Part shown: positions 33,158 through 42,245 of the stretch, one piece after another
Layout of the letters: each line of letters starts with the position of its first letter
Position numbering within the stretch: position 1 is the stretch's first letter
Origin: Gammaproteobacteria bacterium
GTDB lineage: Bacteria; Pseudomonadota; Gammaproteobacteria; SZUA-229
NCBI GenBank assembly: GCA_029287435.1
Contig: JARFRD010000012.1
Span: forward strand, 1 to 50,386
Direction of reading: 5' to 3'
Length of the DNA stretch: 50,386 bases
Position numbers and translations under genes: made by a program
Notes under the pieces: model-generated
The model's input: only the letters and a program-made list of their open reading frames with translations
Databases searched by the model: none
What the model was told of the DNA's origin: nothing

Positions 33158-34098
33158 CCGAACTGCTTTCTGCCGAATCAATCATCGTCAATCTTTCCGA
33201 GCAGATTGAACTGAAATGGGCGGCAGGACAGGAAGACCCGAAACGCCCCTTACACGAAATCGATATCAGCCAGCATGCAACCCTGATTGGCCATCTCAAC
33301 CTGATCCATAAAAACCTGATCCAGGTGATTGGCGAAACAGAGTGCGCCTATCTGCAAGGACTGGAAGATGACTTCAGGGCCAATGTGCTGCAACAGATAT
33401 TTGACGGCCCCACGGTTGCCATCATCATGGCTGATGGTATTGATGTCCCGGATATTCTGATTGGCTTTGCCAACAAATCGCATATCCCGGTACTGAGTTG
33501 CAAGACCCAAAGTAACGAAGTTGTCGACCTCGCACGTTACTACCTGCACGATATATTCTCCGATAAAGAAGTCGTGCATGGCGTTTTCATGGAAGTACTC
33601 GGCACTGGCGTGCTGATCACCGGTCAAAGCAGCGTCGGTAAAAGCGAACTGGCGCTGGAACTCATCTCTCGCGGCCACCGCCTGATCGCTGATGACGCAC
33701 CCGAGTTCACCTGTACAGGTCCTGAGATCCTTGATGGCAGAAGTCCGGGCATCTTGAAAGACTTCATGGAAGTACGCGGTCTTGGCGTTTTGAATATACG
33801 CGAAATGTACGGCGATAATGCGCTGAAACAAAATAAATACCTGCGCCTGATTGTTCACCTGCAACGGCTCACTGCGAAAGAGCGTGCCTCTCTCGACCGT
33901 CTCAGGGGAACCCGCGAAACACGCACAATTCTCGGCGTAGAAATTCCACAGATTCTTATACCGGTCGCACCCGGCAGAAATATTGCTGTTCTGGTAGAGG
34001 CTGCTGTTCGCAACCATATCCTGCGTATTAATGGACACGATGCAACCGACCAACTCATCGAGATCCAGCAACAAGCCATCACTAACAAGAAATCGTAA
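33154..34098 (+). CDS. hprK: HPr(Ser) kinase/phosphorylase
   Basis: VHGVFMEV, Walker A GQSSVGKS, GHRLIADD, EVRGLG and PVAPGRN. Confidence 0.97.
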   Translation: MTELLSAESIIVNLSEQIELKWAAGQEDPKRPLHEIDISQHATLIGHLNLIHKNLIQVIGETECAYLQGLEDDFRANVLQQIFDGPTVAIIMADGIDVPDILIGFANKSHIPVLSCKTQSNEVVDLARYYLHDIFSDKEVVHGVFMEVLGTGVLITGQSSVGKSELALELISRGHRLIADDAPEFTCTGPEILDGRSPGILKDFMEVRGLGVLNIREMYGDNALKQNKYLRLIVHLQRLTAKERASLDRLRGTRETRTILGVEIPQILIPVAPGRNIAVLVEAAVRNHILRINGHDATDQLIEIQQQAITNKKS

Positions 34099-34112
34099 AG
34101 GTCTTGTGCAAC

Positions 34113-34970
34113 ATGCATCTTGTTATCGTTAGCGGTTTATCCGGATCAGGTAAGACAGTTGCACTAAACACCCTCGAAGATGAAGACTATTACTGCATCG
34201 ATAATCTACCGCTCGGCCTGCTACCCGATTTCGTCAGGCGCATCATGGAACGAACCATCCAGCCGTATGAACACATTGGCATTGGCATTGATGCCCGCAG
34301 TGATTCCAGCGACCTGCGCCGGTTTGTCGATATCATCAAGCCCTTGCGTGAACAGGATATTGATATCGAAATCATCTACCTGCAGGCTGACCTCCCTACC
34401 CTGATTAAACGTTTCAGTGATACACGCCGCAAACACCCGTTAACCAATAAAGGCTTACCGCTTACCGAAGCGATAGAAGTTGAACGTAACTTGCTTAGTG
34501 AAATCGCAGAGCATGCAGATCTTTATATCGACACCACTTATACCAACATCTATCAATTGCGTGACCAGATCAAGAATCAGGTTATCAAGCGCGAGCAGAA
34601 AGGTCTGTCAGTACTGTTTCAGTCCTTCGGCTTCAAACATGGTACGCCAACGGATTCGGACTTTGTGTTCGATGTCCGCTGCCTGCCTAATCCACACTGG
34701 GAACCAAAACTCAGGCCTTTAACCGGACTCGATCGTGAAGTGGTGGATTTTCTCCAGGAAAGCGATGATGTCGATGAAATGCTGAAATATATTCGTGGTT
34801 TTTTACATAACTGGATACCCAGGTTTGAACAGCAAAACAGATGTTATTTAACAATATCCATTGGCTGCACCGGTGGTCAGCACCGGTCTGTATATATCAC
34901 CGAGCAATTGTGCGATGATTTCAGGGACAAGATAGAACATATTTCATTACGGCATCGTGAGCTCGATTAG
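34113..34970 (+). CDS. rapZ: RNase adapter RapZ
   Basis: SGLSGSGKT, DNLP, SFGFKHG, FDVRCLPNPHW and GCTGGQHRS. Confidence 0.98.
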   Translation: MHLVIVSGLSGSGKTVALNTLEDEDYYCIDNLPLGLLPDFVRRIMERTIQPYEHIGIGIDARSDSSDLRRFVDIIKPLREQDIDIEIIYLQADLPTLIKRFSDTRRKHPLTNKGLPLTEAIEVERNLLSEIAEHADLYIDTTYTNIYQLRDQIKNQVIKREQKGLSVLFQSFGFKHGTPTDSDFVFDVRCLPNPHWEPKLRPLTGLDREVVDFLQESDDVDEMLKYIRGFLHNWIPRFEQQNRCYLTISIGCTGGQHRSVYITEQLCDDFRDKIEHISLRHRELD

Positions 34971-35012
34971 TCACCAACAAGAAGAAAATAAGTCCTTTAC
35001 CGGTACCCTGCT

Positions 35013-35402
35013 ATGAGTGTCGCTTTACTGCTAGTAACCCACGAAGCTATCGGCAATAACATGCTGGCAATAACACGAGCCATCATAAACGATGAGCTGG
35101 ACAATAGTGCCTGTATTGAAGTACCCATGGACTCAGAAACAGACATCATTCAACAACATGCTAATAAAGTTATTGATGACCTCGATACAGAACAGGGATT
35201 ATTAATTATCACTGACAGCTATGGCAGTACGCCATTTAATATTGCGATGAGATTACAGCATAACATCAAGAGCACACTGGTCAGTGGGCTCAACCTGCCA
35301 ATGTTGCTGCGCATCATGAACTACCGGGACCGCCCACTTGAAGAACTGACTCGCACAGCTATTGAGGGTGGTAACAAGGGCATACAAACAAGAAGTCAAT
35401 AA
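35013..35402 (+). CDS. PTS EIIA, mannose/fructose-type stand-alone domain
   Basis: LLLVTH (phospho-His), LIITD.YG.TP.N and SGLNLPMLLR. Confidence 0.9.
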   Translation: MSVALLLVTHEAIGNNMLAITRAIINDELDNSACIEVPMDSETDIIQQHANKVIDDLDTEQGLLIITDSYGSTPFNIAMRLQHNIKSTLVSGLNLPMLLRIMNYRDRPLEELTRTAIEGGNKGIQTRSQ

Positions 35403-35405
35403 AAA

Positions 35406-35678
35406 ATGGAACAGTGTCGAGAAGTTGAAATCATCAATAAACTGGGGTTGCATGCACGTGCAGCCGCAAAATTCGTCAAGCTCGCTTCCAGTTTCAACAG
35501 TGATATTGACATCGAAGGTAATTCACAACGCGTCAACGGCAAGAGTATCATGGGAGTGATGATGCTGGCCGCGAGCAAGGGTACCAGGGTAATTATTCAC
35601 GCAAAGGGCAGCGATGCTGCCGAAAGCATTGACCAGCTCGAACAACTTATTAATAACCGCTTTGATGAAGACGAGTAA
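35406..35678 (+). CDS. ptsH: Phosphocarrier protein HPr/NPr
   Basis: INKLGLHARAAAK (His15) and GKSIMGVMMLAA (Ser46). Confidence 0.95.
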   Translation: MEQCREVEIINKLGLHARAAAKFVKLASSFNSDIDIEGNSQRVNGKSIMGVMMLAASKGTRVIIHAKGSDAAESIDQLEQLINNRFDEDE

Positions 35679-35692
35679 ATAACAGAAGCAAT

Positions 35693-37423
35693 ATGAGTAT
35701 TCTTCTAAATGGAGTTGGTGTTTCGCGAGGCATAGCCATCGGTCCGGCATATGTATACGTGCGCGCAACTATCAAGGTTACAGAATACAATGTACCGGTT
35801 AAACATCAGGAAAAAGAAATCAAGCGCCTGCACAGGGCGGTTGAGGCAGCCAGTGCGCAACTGCATGAAATAAGAGACAAGATAATCAGGGATACGCCTG
35901 AAGATATCCTGGCCTTCATCGATTCACACCTGCTCATGCTTGAGGACCCTGCTTTCGATGAGGGCGCTGCATCCATTATCGAAGAGTACTCCTGTAATGC
36001 CGAGTGGGCACTACAGGTTCAGTGTGACCGCCTGGTGCAGGTATTCGATGACATGAAAGATCCTTACCTGCGCACACGCAAGGATGATGTTCTGCATGTT
36101 GCCCAACGCATTCAACATTGCCTTGCCGAGGTACAGGCAGGCGAGTTCGAAGACGTCAATCTCAAAGGCAAAATCATTATCGCTGATGACCTGACGCCTG
36201 CGGATACATTGATGATGCAACACCAGAAAGTCGGCGCACTGGTAACAGAGTTCGGTGGCCCGCTTTCACATACTGCCATTCTTGCCAGAAATCTCGGCAT
36301 ACCTGCCGTGGTCGGCGCTCATAATGCGCGCATGCTGATCCATCCGGGTGAACAACTAATCGTTGATGGCAACTATGGCGTCATCATTGGCGAACCTGAC
36401 AGGCGCTCCTTAAAACATTACCGTGGTTTACGTCGGGAACTGCGTGCGCGCAAAAAAGAGTTAAACGAGCTAAGAAACACCCCTACGATCACCCAGGACG
36501 GTGTCACCATTACACTGCAGGGAAACATCGACCGACCGGAAGACATCAAGAAACTGAAACTGCAGGACGATGCCGGGGTTGGTCTTTATCGCACCGAAAT
36601 GCTGTTTCTTGAAAACAATGAGATCGTTGACGAGGAAACCCAGTTTAAAAATTACAAGCGCGCACTGTTCCGTCTCAAGGGCAAACCACTGACCATTCGC
36701 ACGCTGGATCTGGGTGCCGACAAGGAAATTAATGAAGCCTTTGGCCAGGGCCCTATGGCACATAACCCGGCGATGGGTTTGCGCGCTATCCGTCGCTGTC
36801 TGAAAGAACCCGAAACCTTTATCAACCAGCTCTGTGCAATTCTACGCGTAGCAGCGTATGGCGATGTCAAAATGATGATACCGATGATGACAAGCATTGG
36901 TGAACTGGAGCAAATTTCAGGCCTGATTGAGCAGGCAAAAGCACAGCTGCGACAACGCAAGGTTCGCTTCAATGAGAATCTCGACATTGGTGCCATGATC
37001 GAAGTACCGGCGGCCGCTTTATCATCAGAGATCTTTGCGCATCGCATGGACTTCCTGTCTATCGGCACCAATGACCTGATTCAATACACGCTCGCCATCG
37101 ACCGCATTGATGACGAAGTCAACTATCTCTATAACCCGCTACATCATGCTGTACTACAGCTGATCCAGATTATTATTGATGCCAGCAAAAAAACCGGCAC
37201 ACCGATTTCAATGTGTGGCGAAATGGCCAGCGATCCCAGGTATACACGCCTGTTACTCGGCATGGGGCTGGAATACTTCAGTGTGCAGGCAAACGTACTG
37301 CTGGAAATAAAAGATATCATCAATAACAGTGACATCTCCAAGCTACGCCCCAAGGTGCGCAAGATCCTCAATTGTCACGATCTACATGACATCGAGATCA
37401 GGGTTGCCAAACTGAACAAATAG
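35693..37423 (+). CDS. ptsI: PEP-protein phosphotransferase (Enzyme I, no GAF domain)
   Basis: GG.LSHTAILAR (phospho-His), GLYRTE, NPAMGLRAIR, IGTNDLIQY and CGEMA. Confidence 0.96.
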   Translation: MSILLNGVGVSRGIAIGPAYVYVRATIKVTEYNVPVKHQEKEIKRLHRAVEAASAQLHEIRDKIIRDTPEDILAFIDSHLLMLEDPAFDEGAASIIEEYSCNAEWALQVQCDRLVQVFDDMKDPYLRTRKDDVLHVAQRIQHCLAEVQAGEFEDVNLKGKIIIADDLTPADTLMMQHQKVGALVTEFGGPLSHTAILARNLGIPAVVGAHNARMLIHPGEQLIVDGNYGVIIGEPDRRSLKHYRGLRRELRARKKELNELRNTPTITQDGVTITLQGNIDRPEDIKKLKLQDDAGVGLYRTEMLFLENNEIVDEETQFKNYKRALFRLKGKPLTIRTLDLGADKEINEAFGQGPMAHNPAMGLRAIRRCLKEPETFINQLCAILRVAAYGDVKMMIPMMTSIGELEQISGLIEQAKAQLRQRKVRFNENLDIGAMIEVPAAALSSEIFAHRMDFLSIGTNDLIQYTLAIDRIDDEVNYLYNPLHHAVLQLIQIIIDASKKTGTPISMCGEMASDPRYTRLLLGMGLEYFSVQANVLLEIKDIINNSDISKLRPKVRKILNCHDLHDIEIRVAKLNK

Positions 37424-37564
37424 CTCAGCCCTGACTCAGCGTGCAATCTGCAGCTCGGCAGATTTAAACAATGACATTCTGCACTGAATCACCAAATCGC
37501 GTGCTACACTTCAGCCCGATATTATCCATATGGGCATGACGGTATTTTTAGACCTTGATTCATC

Positions 37565-38923
37565 ATGACAGATACTGATCACATTGAGAAAACGGAATCC
37601 CAGATCCAGGCCCTGTCACAGGCACTGGAAAACGGGGCGATGCAAAACGCCCGCCGCATGCTCAATGAACTCCATCCGGCTGAAATCGCCGACTTGCTCG
37701 AGTCCCTGCCCTATAGCCAGCGAAACCTGATCTGGGACCTGGTAGACCCCGACAAGGATGGTGATGTACTGCTCGAGGTTGGTGATGAAGTACGCGCCAC
37801 CCTGATACATAACATGCCATTACAGGACCTGGTGAATGCAACTGAAGGCATGGATGTGGATGATCTTGCCGACTTCATTCAGGCTCTGCCAGACAGGGTA
37901 ACCGGGCAGGTACTGACCTCGCTTGATACACAGCGACGCCGACGGGTAGAAGCCGTGCTTTCATACCCGGAAGACAGTGCCGGCGGTTTGATGAATACCG
38001 ACACCATCACGGTGCGCCACAGTGTTACTCTCGAGGTCGTGCTGCGTTACCTGCAACGGCTGGGTGAAATACCAAATAATACTGACAACCTGATCGTCAC
38101 TACAAGGAACAATCGTTACCTCGGCGTGTTGCCCTTATCAACTTTGCTGACAACAGATCCGCAGATGTATGTCATCGATGTAATGAACAGAGACATCGAA
38201 GCTATTCCGGCAGAAACAGAAGATGACGATGTTGCCCGCATCTTCGAGGACCAGAATTTGCTATCGGCCCCTGTTGTGGACGATGACATGCGACTGTTGG
38301 GCCGTATCACGATTGATGACGTGGTTGACGTAATACGAGATGAAGCTGACCACTCGGTCATGGGCAGGGCCGGTCTGTCTGAAGAAGAAGATCTGTTTGC
38401 GCCTGTCGTACCCAGCTCGCGACGCCGTGCACTGTGGCTAGGCATCAACCTGATTACCGCGTTCATGGCCTCATGGGTGGTATCCAACTTTGAAGGAACA
38501 CTGGAAAAAGTTGTCGCCATTGCAGTGTTGATGAACGTGGTAGCAAGCATGGGTGGCATTGCCGGCACACAGACACTCACACTGGTAACGCGCGGGATTG
38601 CACTCGGTCAGGTGAGTCGTAACAACCGCTCGTGGTTGATATCGAAAGAACTGATTGTCGGACTGTTCAACGGCGCGATCTGGGCAGGAGTAGTCGGCGC
38701 GATTGCCTGGCTCTGGTTTGATGATACAAATATTGGCCTGGTCATCGCTGCCGCCATGATCATCAATCTCGTGGTTGCTGCCTTCTCGGGTGCCGCCATC
38801 CCATTAATGCTGAAAAAAATGGGTATCGATCCGGCGATTGCAGGCAGCGTGGTGCTCACCACGATTACGGATATCGTAGGCTTGTTTGTATTCCTCGGAC
38901 TCGCGACCCTGTTCCTGCTCTAG
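37565..38923 (+). CDS. mgtE: Magnesium transporter MgtE
   Basis: HPAEIADLLE, YPEDSAGGLM, CBS pair, GGIAGTQ and DPAIA..V.LTT.TD. Confidence 0.97.
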   Translation: MTDTDHIEKTESQIQALSQALENGAMQNARRMLNELHPAEIADLLESLPYSQRNLIWDLVDPDKDGDVLLEVGDEVRATLIHNMPLQDLVNATEGMDVDDLADFIQALPDRVTGQVLTSLDTQRRRRVEAVLSYPEDSAGGLMNTDTITVRHSVTLEVVLRYLQRLGEIPNNTDNLIVTTRNNRYLGVLPLSTLLTTDPQMYVIDVMNRDIEAIPAETEDDDVARIFEDQNLLSAPVVDDDMRLLGRITIDDVVDVIRDEADHSVMGRAGLSEEEDLFAPVVPSSRRRALWLGINLITAFMASWVVSNFEGTLEKVVAIAVLMNVVASMGGIAGTQTLTLVTRGIALGQVSRNNRSWLISKELIVGLFNGAIWAGVVGAIAWLWFDDTNIGLVIAAAMIINLVVAAFSGAAIPLMLKKMGIDPAIAGSVVLTTITDIVGLFVFLGLATLFLL

Positions 38924-38938
38924 GTTAGCCTCTCCAGA

Positions 38939-41317
38939 CTACGATTTAATCTTTTTCTCGACTTCAAGTACTTCCTGTACCATCGTGTACACACTGTCAG
39001 GATTCAACGATAGTGAAGATATACCATTCTCAACCAGCCAGCGGGTTATCTCGGGAAAATCTGATGGTGCCTGTCCACAAATACCAACATACTTGCCTTG
39101 CTCGTGACAGGCATCAATTGCCATCTTCATCAGTATCTTCACAGATTCATCACGCTCATCAAAACCTTCGAGCAGCCCCGAGTCACGATCGACACCCAGT
39201 GTTAATTGCGTCAGGTCATTCGATCCGATAGAGAATCCGTCAAAGGATTTCAGAAAATCTTTTGCCAGCAATGCATTCGCAGGTACTTCACACATCAGGT
39301 AGATTTTCATACCGCCTTCCCTGCGACCCAGGCCATTTTTCGCCATCAGCTCGAGTACGCGCTTGCCTTCATCGACGGTTCTGACAAACGGCACCATGAT
39401 GTCAATATTTTTAAAACCGAGATGACGACGAACACGTGCAATCGCATCACATTCAAGCGCAAAGCATTCTTTGAACATATCTGATGGATAACGTGAAGCA
39501 CCACGTAAACCAAGCATCGGATTTTCTTCCTTGGGCTCGAACAGTTCACCACCAATCAACGATGCATACTCGTTCGACTTGAAGTCTGAGAGACGAACGA
39601 TTACCTGCCGCGGATAAAACGAAGCCGCAATCATACCGACACCTTCAGCCAGTCGTTTCACGTAATAACTGACAGGATCCGGGTAACCGCCAATCTCGGC
39701 ATCGATACGATGCTTCAGGTAATCATCCAGGTTGTCATAGTTCAGACATGCCCATGGATGTATACGAATCGTGTTACCGATAATAAATTCAAGGCGAGCC
39801 AGGCCAACACCATCCACCGGCAGGTTCGAGTGCTCGAATGCCATATCGGGATTGGCCAGGTTCAACATAATCCGCGTCCTGGGCTTCGCCAGCCTGGAAT
39901 AATCCAGGGTATCGCGTGTGTACGCCAGCTCACCGCGGTAAATATAACCGGTATCCCCTTCAGCACATGAAACCGTAACATGCTGATTGTTACTGATCTC
40001 TGTCGTTGCATTACTGCAGCCGACAATCGCAGGAATACCCAGTTCTCGAGCAATGATAGCGGCATGGCAGGTACGGCCACCTCGATTGGTAACAATAGCC
40101 GATGCGATCTTCATCACCGGCTCCCAGTCCGGGTCAGTCATATCGGTGACTAACACTTCACCGGCTTCCAGCTCATCCATGCGCGAGGCATCAGGAATAA
40201 TACGTGCTTTTCCTGTGGCGATGCGCTTGCCAATACTCTTGCCTACTGCAAGCACATCGCTGTGTTCCTTCAGAGAAAACACATCAACAGTGGTACCCAA
40301 CTCGCGTGCCTGAACTGTTTCCGGACGCGCCTGCAATATATACAGCTTACCGTCGTGACCATCACGCGCCCACTCGATATCCATTGGTTTGCCATAATGT
40401 TGCTCGATGGTGACAGCGGTGCGCGCTAGCTCCAGCACCTCATCATCATTAATGGAAAACCGGTTTCTGTCTTCGAGGTTGACATCGACGTTACGTGTAG
40501 AGAATCCGGTACTGGAGTCCTTACCGTAAATCATCTTGATCGCCTTGTTACCAAGCTGGCGGCGAATGATCGGCCGGTGATCACCATCAAGTGTATTTTT
40601 ATAGACGTAGAATTCATCAGGATTGACTGCACCCTGCACAACATTCTCACCAAGACCATAAGCCGAAGTAATTAACACTACGTCACGAAATCCGGTCTCA
40701 GTATCAAGCGTAAACATCACGCCAGACGACCCAATGTCGGAACGGATCATCTTTTGCACACCGATAGACAAGGCCACATCACGATGCGAGAAACCCTTGT
40801 CAACCCGGTATGAAATTGCACGATCTGTGTAGAGCGATGCAATCACGCGTTTGCAGGCGATCAACAGGTTCTCCAGGTTACGAATATTGAGCAGCGTTTC
40901 CTGTTGCCCTGCAAATGAGGCATCCGGTAGATCTTCGGCCGTGGCAGAACTTCGCACCGCAACATCCGGATTATCACCGTATTCTTCAGCCAGAATGTTA
41001 TAGCCTTCAGCTATCTCGGACGCGAACCTGGCTGGCAACTCGGCATGATGAATCCAGTTACGTATCTTTTTGCCGGTTGCAGCTAACGCTATGACATCAC
41101 TGGTATCCAGCTCGTCCAGCTCCTTGTTGATCTTTTTTGTGAGCTTGTTGTAATCGAGGAATTTGTGAAACGCTTCGGAGGTACTCGCATAACCATTCGG
41201 TATGCGTACACCACGTTCGGTCAACTGGGTATACATCTCGCCAAGCGAAGCGTTCTTACCCCCGACTTCGGGGACATCTGTCATTCTTATTTCTGAGAAA
41301 CTTTTTATATAGCGCAT
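38939..41317 (-). CDS. ppsA: Phosphoenolpyruvate synthase
   Basis: VGGKNASLGEM, AVRSSATAED, GGRTCHAAI (phospho-His) and SIGSNDLTQ. Confidence 0.99.
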   Translation of the reverse strand: MRYIKSFSEIRMTDVPEVGGKNASLGEMYTQLTERGVRIPNGYASTSEAFHKFLDYNKLTKKINKELDELDTSDVIALAATGKKIRNWIHHAELPARFASEIAEGYNILAEEYGDNPDVAVRSSATAEDLPDASFAGQQETLLNIRNLENLLIACKRVIASLYTDRAISYRVDKGFSHRDVALSIGVQKMIRSDIGSSGVMFTLDTETGFRDVVLITSAYGLGENVVQGAVNPDEFYVYKNTLDGDHRPIIRRQLGNKAIKMIYGKDSSTGFSTRNVDVNLEDRNRFSINDDEVLELARTAVTIEQHYGKPMDIEWARDGHDGKLYILQARPETVQARELGTTVDVFSLKEHSDVLAVGKSIGKRIATGKARIIPDASRMDELEAGEVLVTDMTDPDWEPVMKIASAIVTNRGGRTCHAAIIARELGIPAIVGCSNATTEISNNQHVTVSCAEGDTGYIYRGELAYTRDTLDYSRLAKPRTRIMLNLANPDMAFEHSNLPVDGVGLARLEFIIGNTIRIHPWACLNYDNLDDYLKHRIDAEIGGYPDPVSYYVKRLAEGVGMIAASFYPRQVIVRLSDFKSNEYASLIGGELFEPKEENPMLGLRGASRYPSDMFKECFALECDAIARVRRHLGFKNIDIMVPFVRTVDEGKRVLELMAKNGLGRREGGMKIYLMCEVPANALLAKDFLKSFDGFSIGSNDLTQLTLGVDRDSGLLEGFDERDESVKILMKMAIDACHEQGKYVGICGQAPSDFPEITRWLVENGISSLSLNPDSVYTMVQEVLEVEKKIKS

Positions 41318-41384
41318 GTTTAATCCTTATACCTTGACAACAATCTTACACAGAATGGTGAACTTAGACCTGAAAGAAATTGAC

Positions 41385-41440
41385 CTGTAATAACTTTGTC
41401 ATAACTCGTGCATAGTTTCGTCATATTTCGCCCATAAAGT
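41385..41440 (+). promoter_or_regulatory. Pho-box-like array (11-bp period) with -10 element
   Basis: CTGTAAT aact TTGTCAT aact CGTGCAT agtt TCGTCAT, then N10 and TAAAGT; same spacing as the E. coli phoA promoter (TTGTCAC-N10-TATAGT). Confidence 0.7.
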
Positions 41441-41480
41441 TTGCTGTCTAAATACACAAATAAATCTCGAGGAATACATC

Positions 41481-42047
41481 ATGTTGAGCCGTTTTCTTAG
41501 ACTGACCATACTACTGAGCACCCTGATCTCGATCGCTGCCTGTGAAAACTATGGCGGATCCAGAAAGACTGATGACGCCGCTAATGAAGCCACGCCAGCC
41601 GCTGCTACACAGTTTTTTATCGTTGAAGAAGAGGGTCGCCTGTACAAATTCGATGATATGGCCACATTCAGATCTTTCCAGCAGGTCGGTGAGACCACTT
41701 TTCGCCTGACTCGTATAGGTGCTGGTCCGAAAGGTGAAACCATCGTTTACGGCTTGCCCAAGGCACAGAAGAAACTCGGCGCGGATGCCTCAGTCGTTAA
41801 AATCGATGAGGGCCGCCAGGCGATAGAAGGTGACTTCTATGGAGAACTGCATCGTCATGGCCGTATCTATGTATTCGACAAGTTCGAGGATATCGCGCCT
41901 GTACTGCAGCTGGGACACCCATCATATATGTTTACCCAAATCGGCTATGGTCCGAAAGGTGAAACGGTTGTTTTCGTATTGCGCAAGGAAAACAAGAAGA
42001 AACAACCAACTGCTTTGATCGAAGCTTTCGACAAGGTTAACAGTTAG
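41481..42047 (+). CDS. Uncharacterised lipoprotein with a two-fold internal repeat
   Basis: Lipobox IAAC (Cys21), GAGG RBS; two gapless repeats 75 aa apart with GR[LI]YxFD...IGxGPKGET. Confidence 0.85.
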   Translation: MLSRFLRLTILLSTLISIAACENYGGSRKTDDAANEATPAAATQFFIVEEEGRLYKFDDMATFRSFQQVGETTFRLTRIGAGPKGETIVYGLPKAQKKLGADASVVKIDEGRQAIEGDFYGELHRHGRIYVFDKFEDIAPVLQLGHPSYMFTQIGYGPKGETVVFVLRKENKKKQPTALIEAFDKVNS

Positions 42048-42060
42048 CAGGGAAAGACAA

Positions 42061-42086
42061 GCCACAGGGACGTGGCCTTTTTATTT
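42061..42086 (+). terminator. Intrinsic terminator after the lipoprotein gene
   Basis: GCCAC-agggac-GTGGC hairpin followed by CTTTTTATTT. Confidence 0.65.
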
Positions 42087-42114
42087 AAAAACACTCTTAA
42101 CGCAAAGACGCTAA

Positions 42115-42191
42115 GTCATTGCGAGCGAAGCGAAGCAATCTCTTACAAGACTTGACAAGATTGCCGCGTCGCTGTCGCTCCTCGCAATGAC
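42115..42191. mobile_element. 77-bp GTCATTGCGAG...CTCGCAATGAC palindromic element
   Basis: Perfect 11-bp terminal inverted repeat and inner GCAATCT/AGATTGC pair; lies between degenerate arms related to the 19173 element. Confidence 0.75.
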
Positions 42192-42245
42192 GATAAATGA
42201 TTTATACAAATAAATACTCAGCGTTCTCAGCGCCTATACGGCCAA

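Noticed and set aside
37471-37539. 22-codon ORF MTFCTESPNRVLHFSPILSIWA upstream of mgtE as an MgtL-like leader peptide
   Set aside because: Only two prolines, no clear RBS, and a likely extended -10 (TGcTACACT, 37502-37510) lies inside it.
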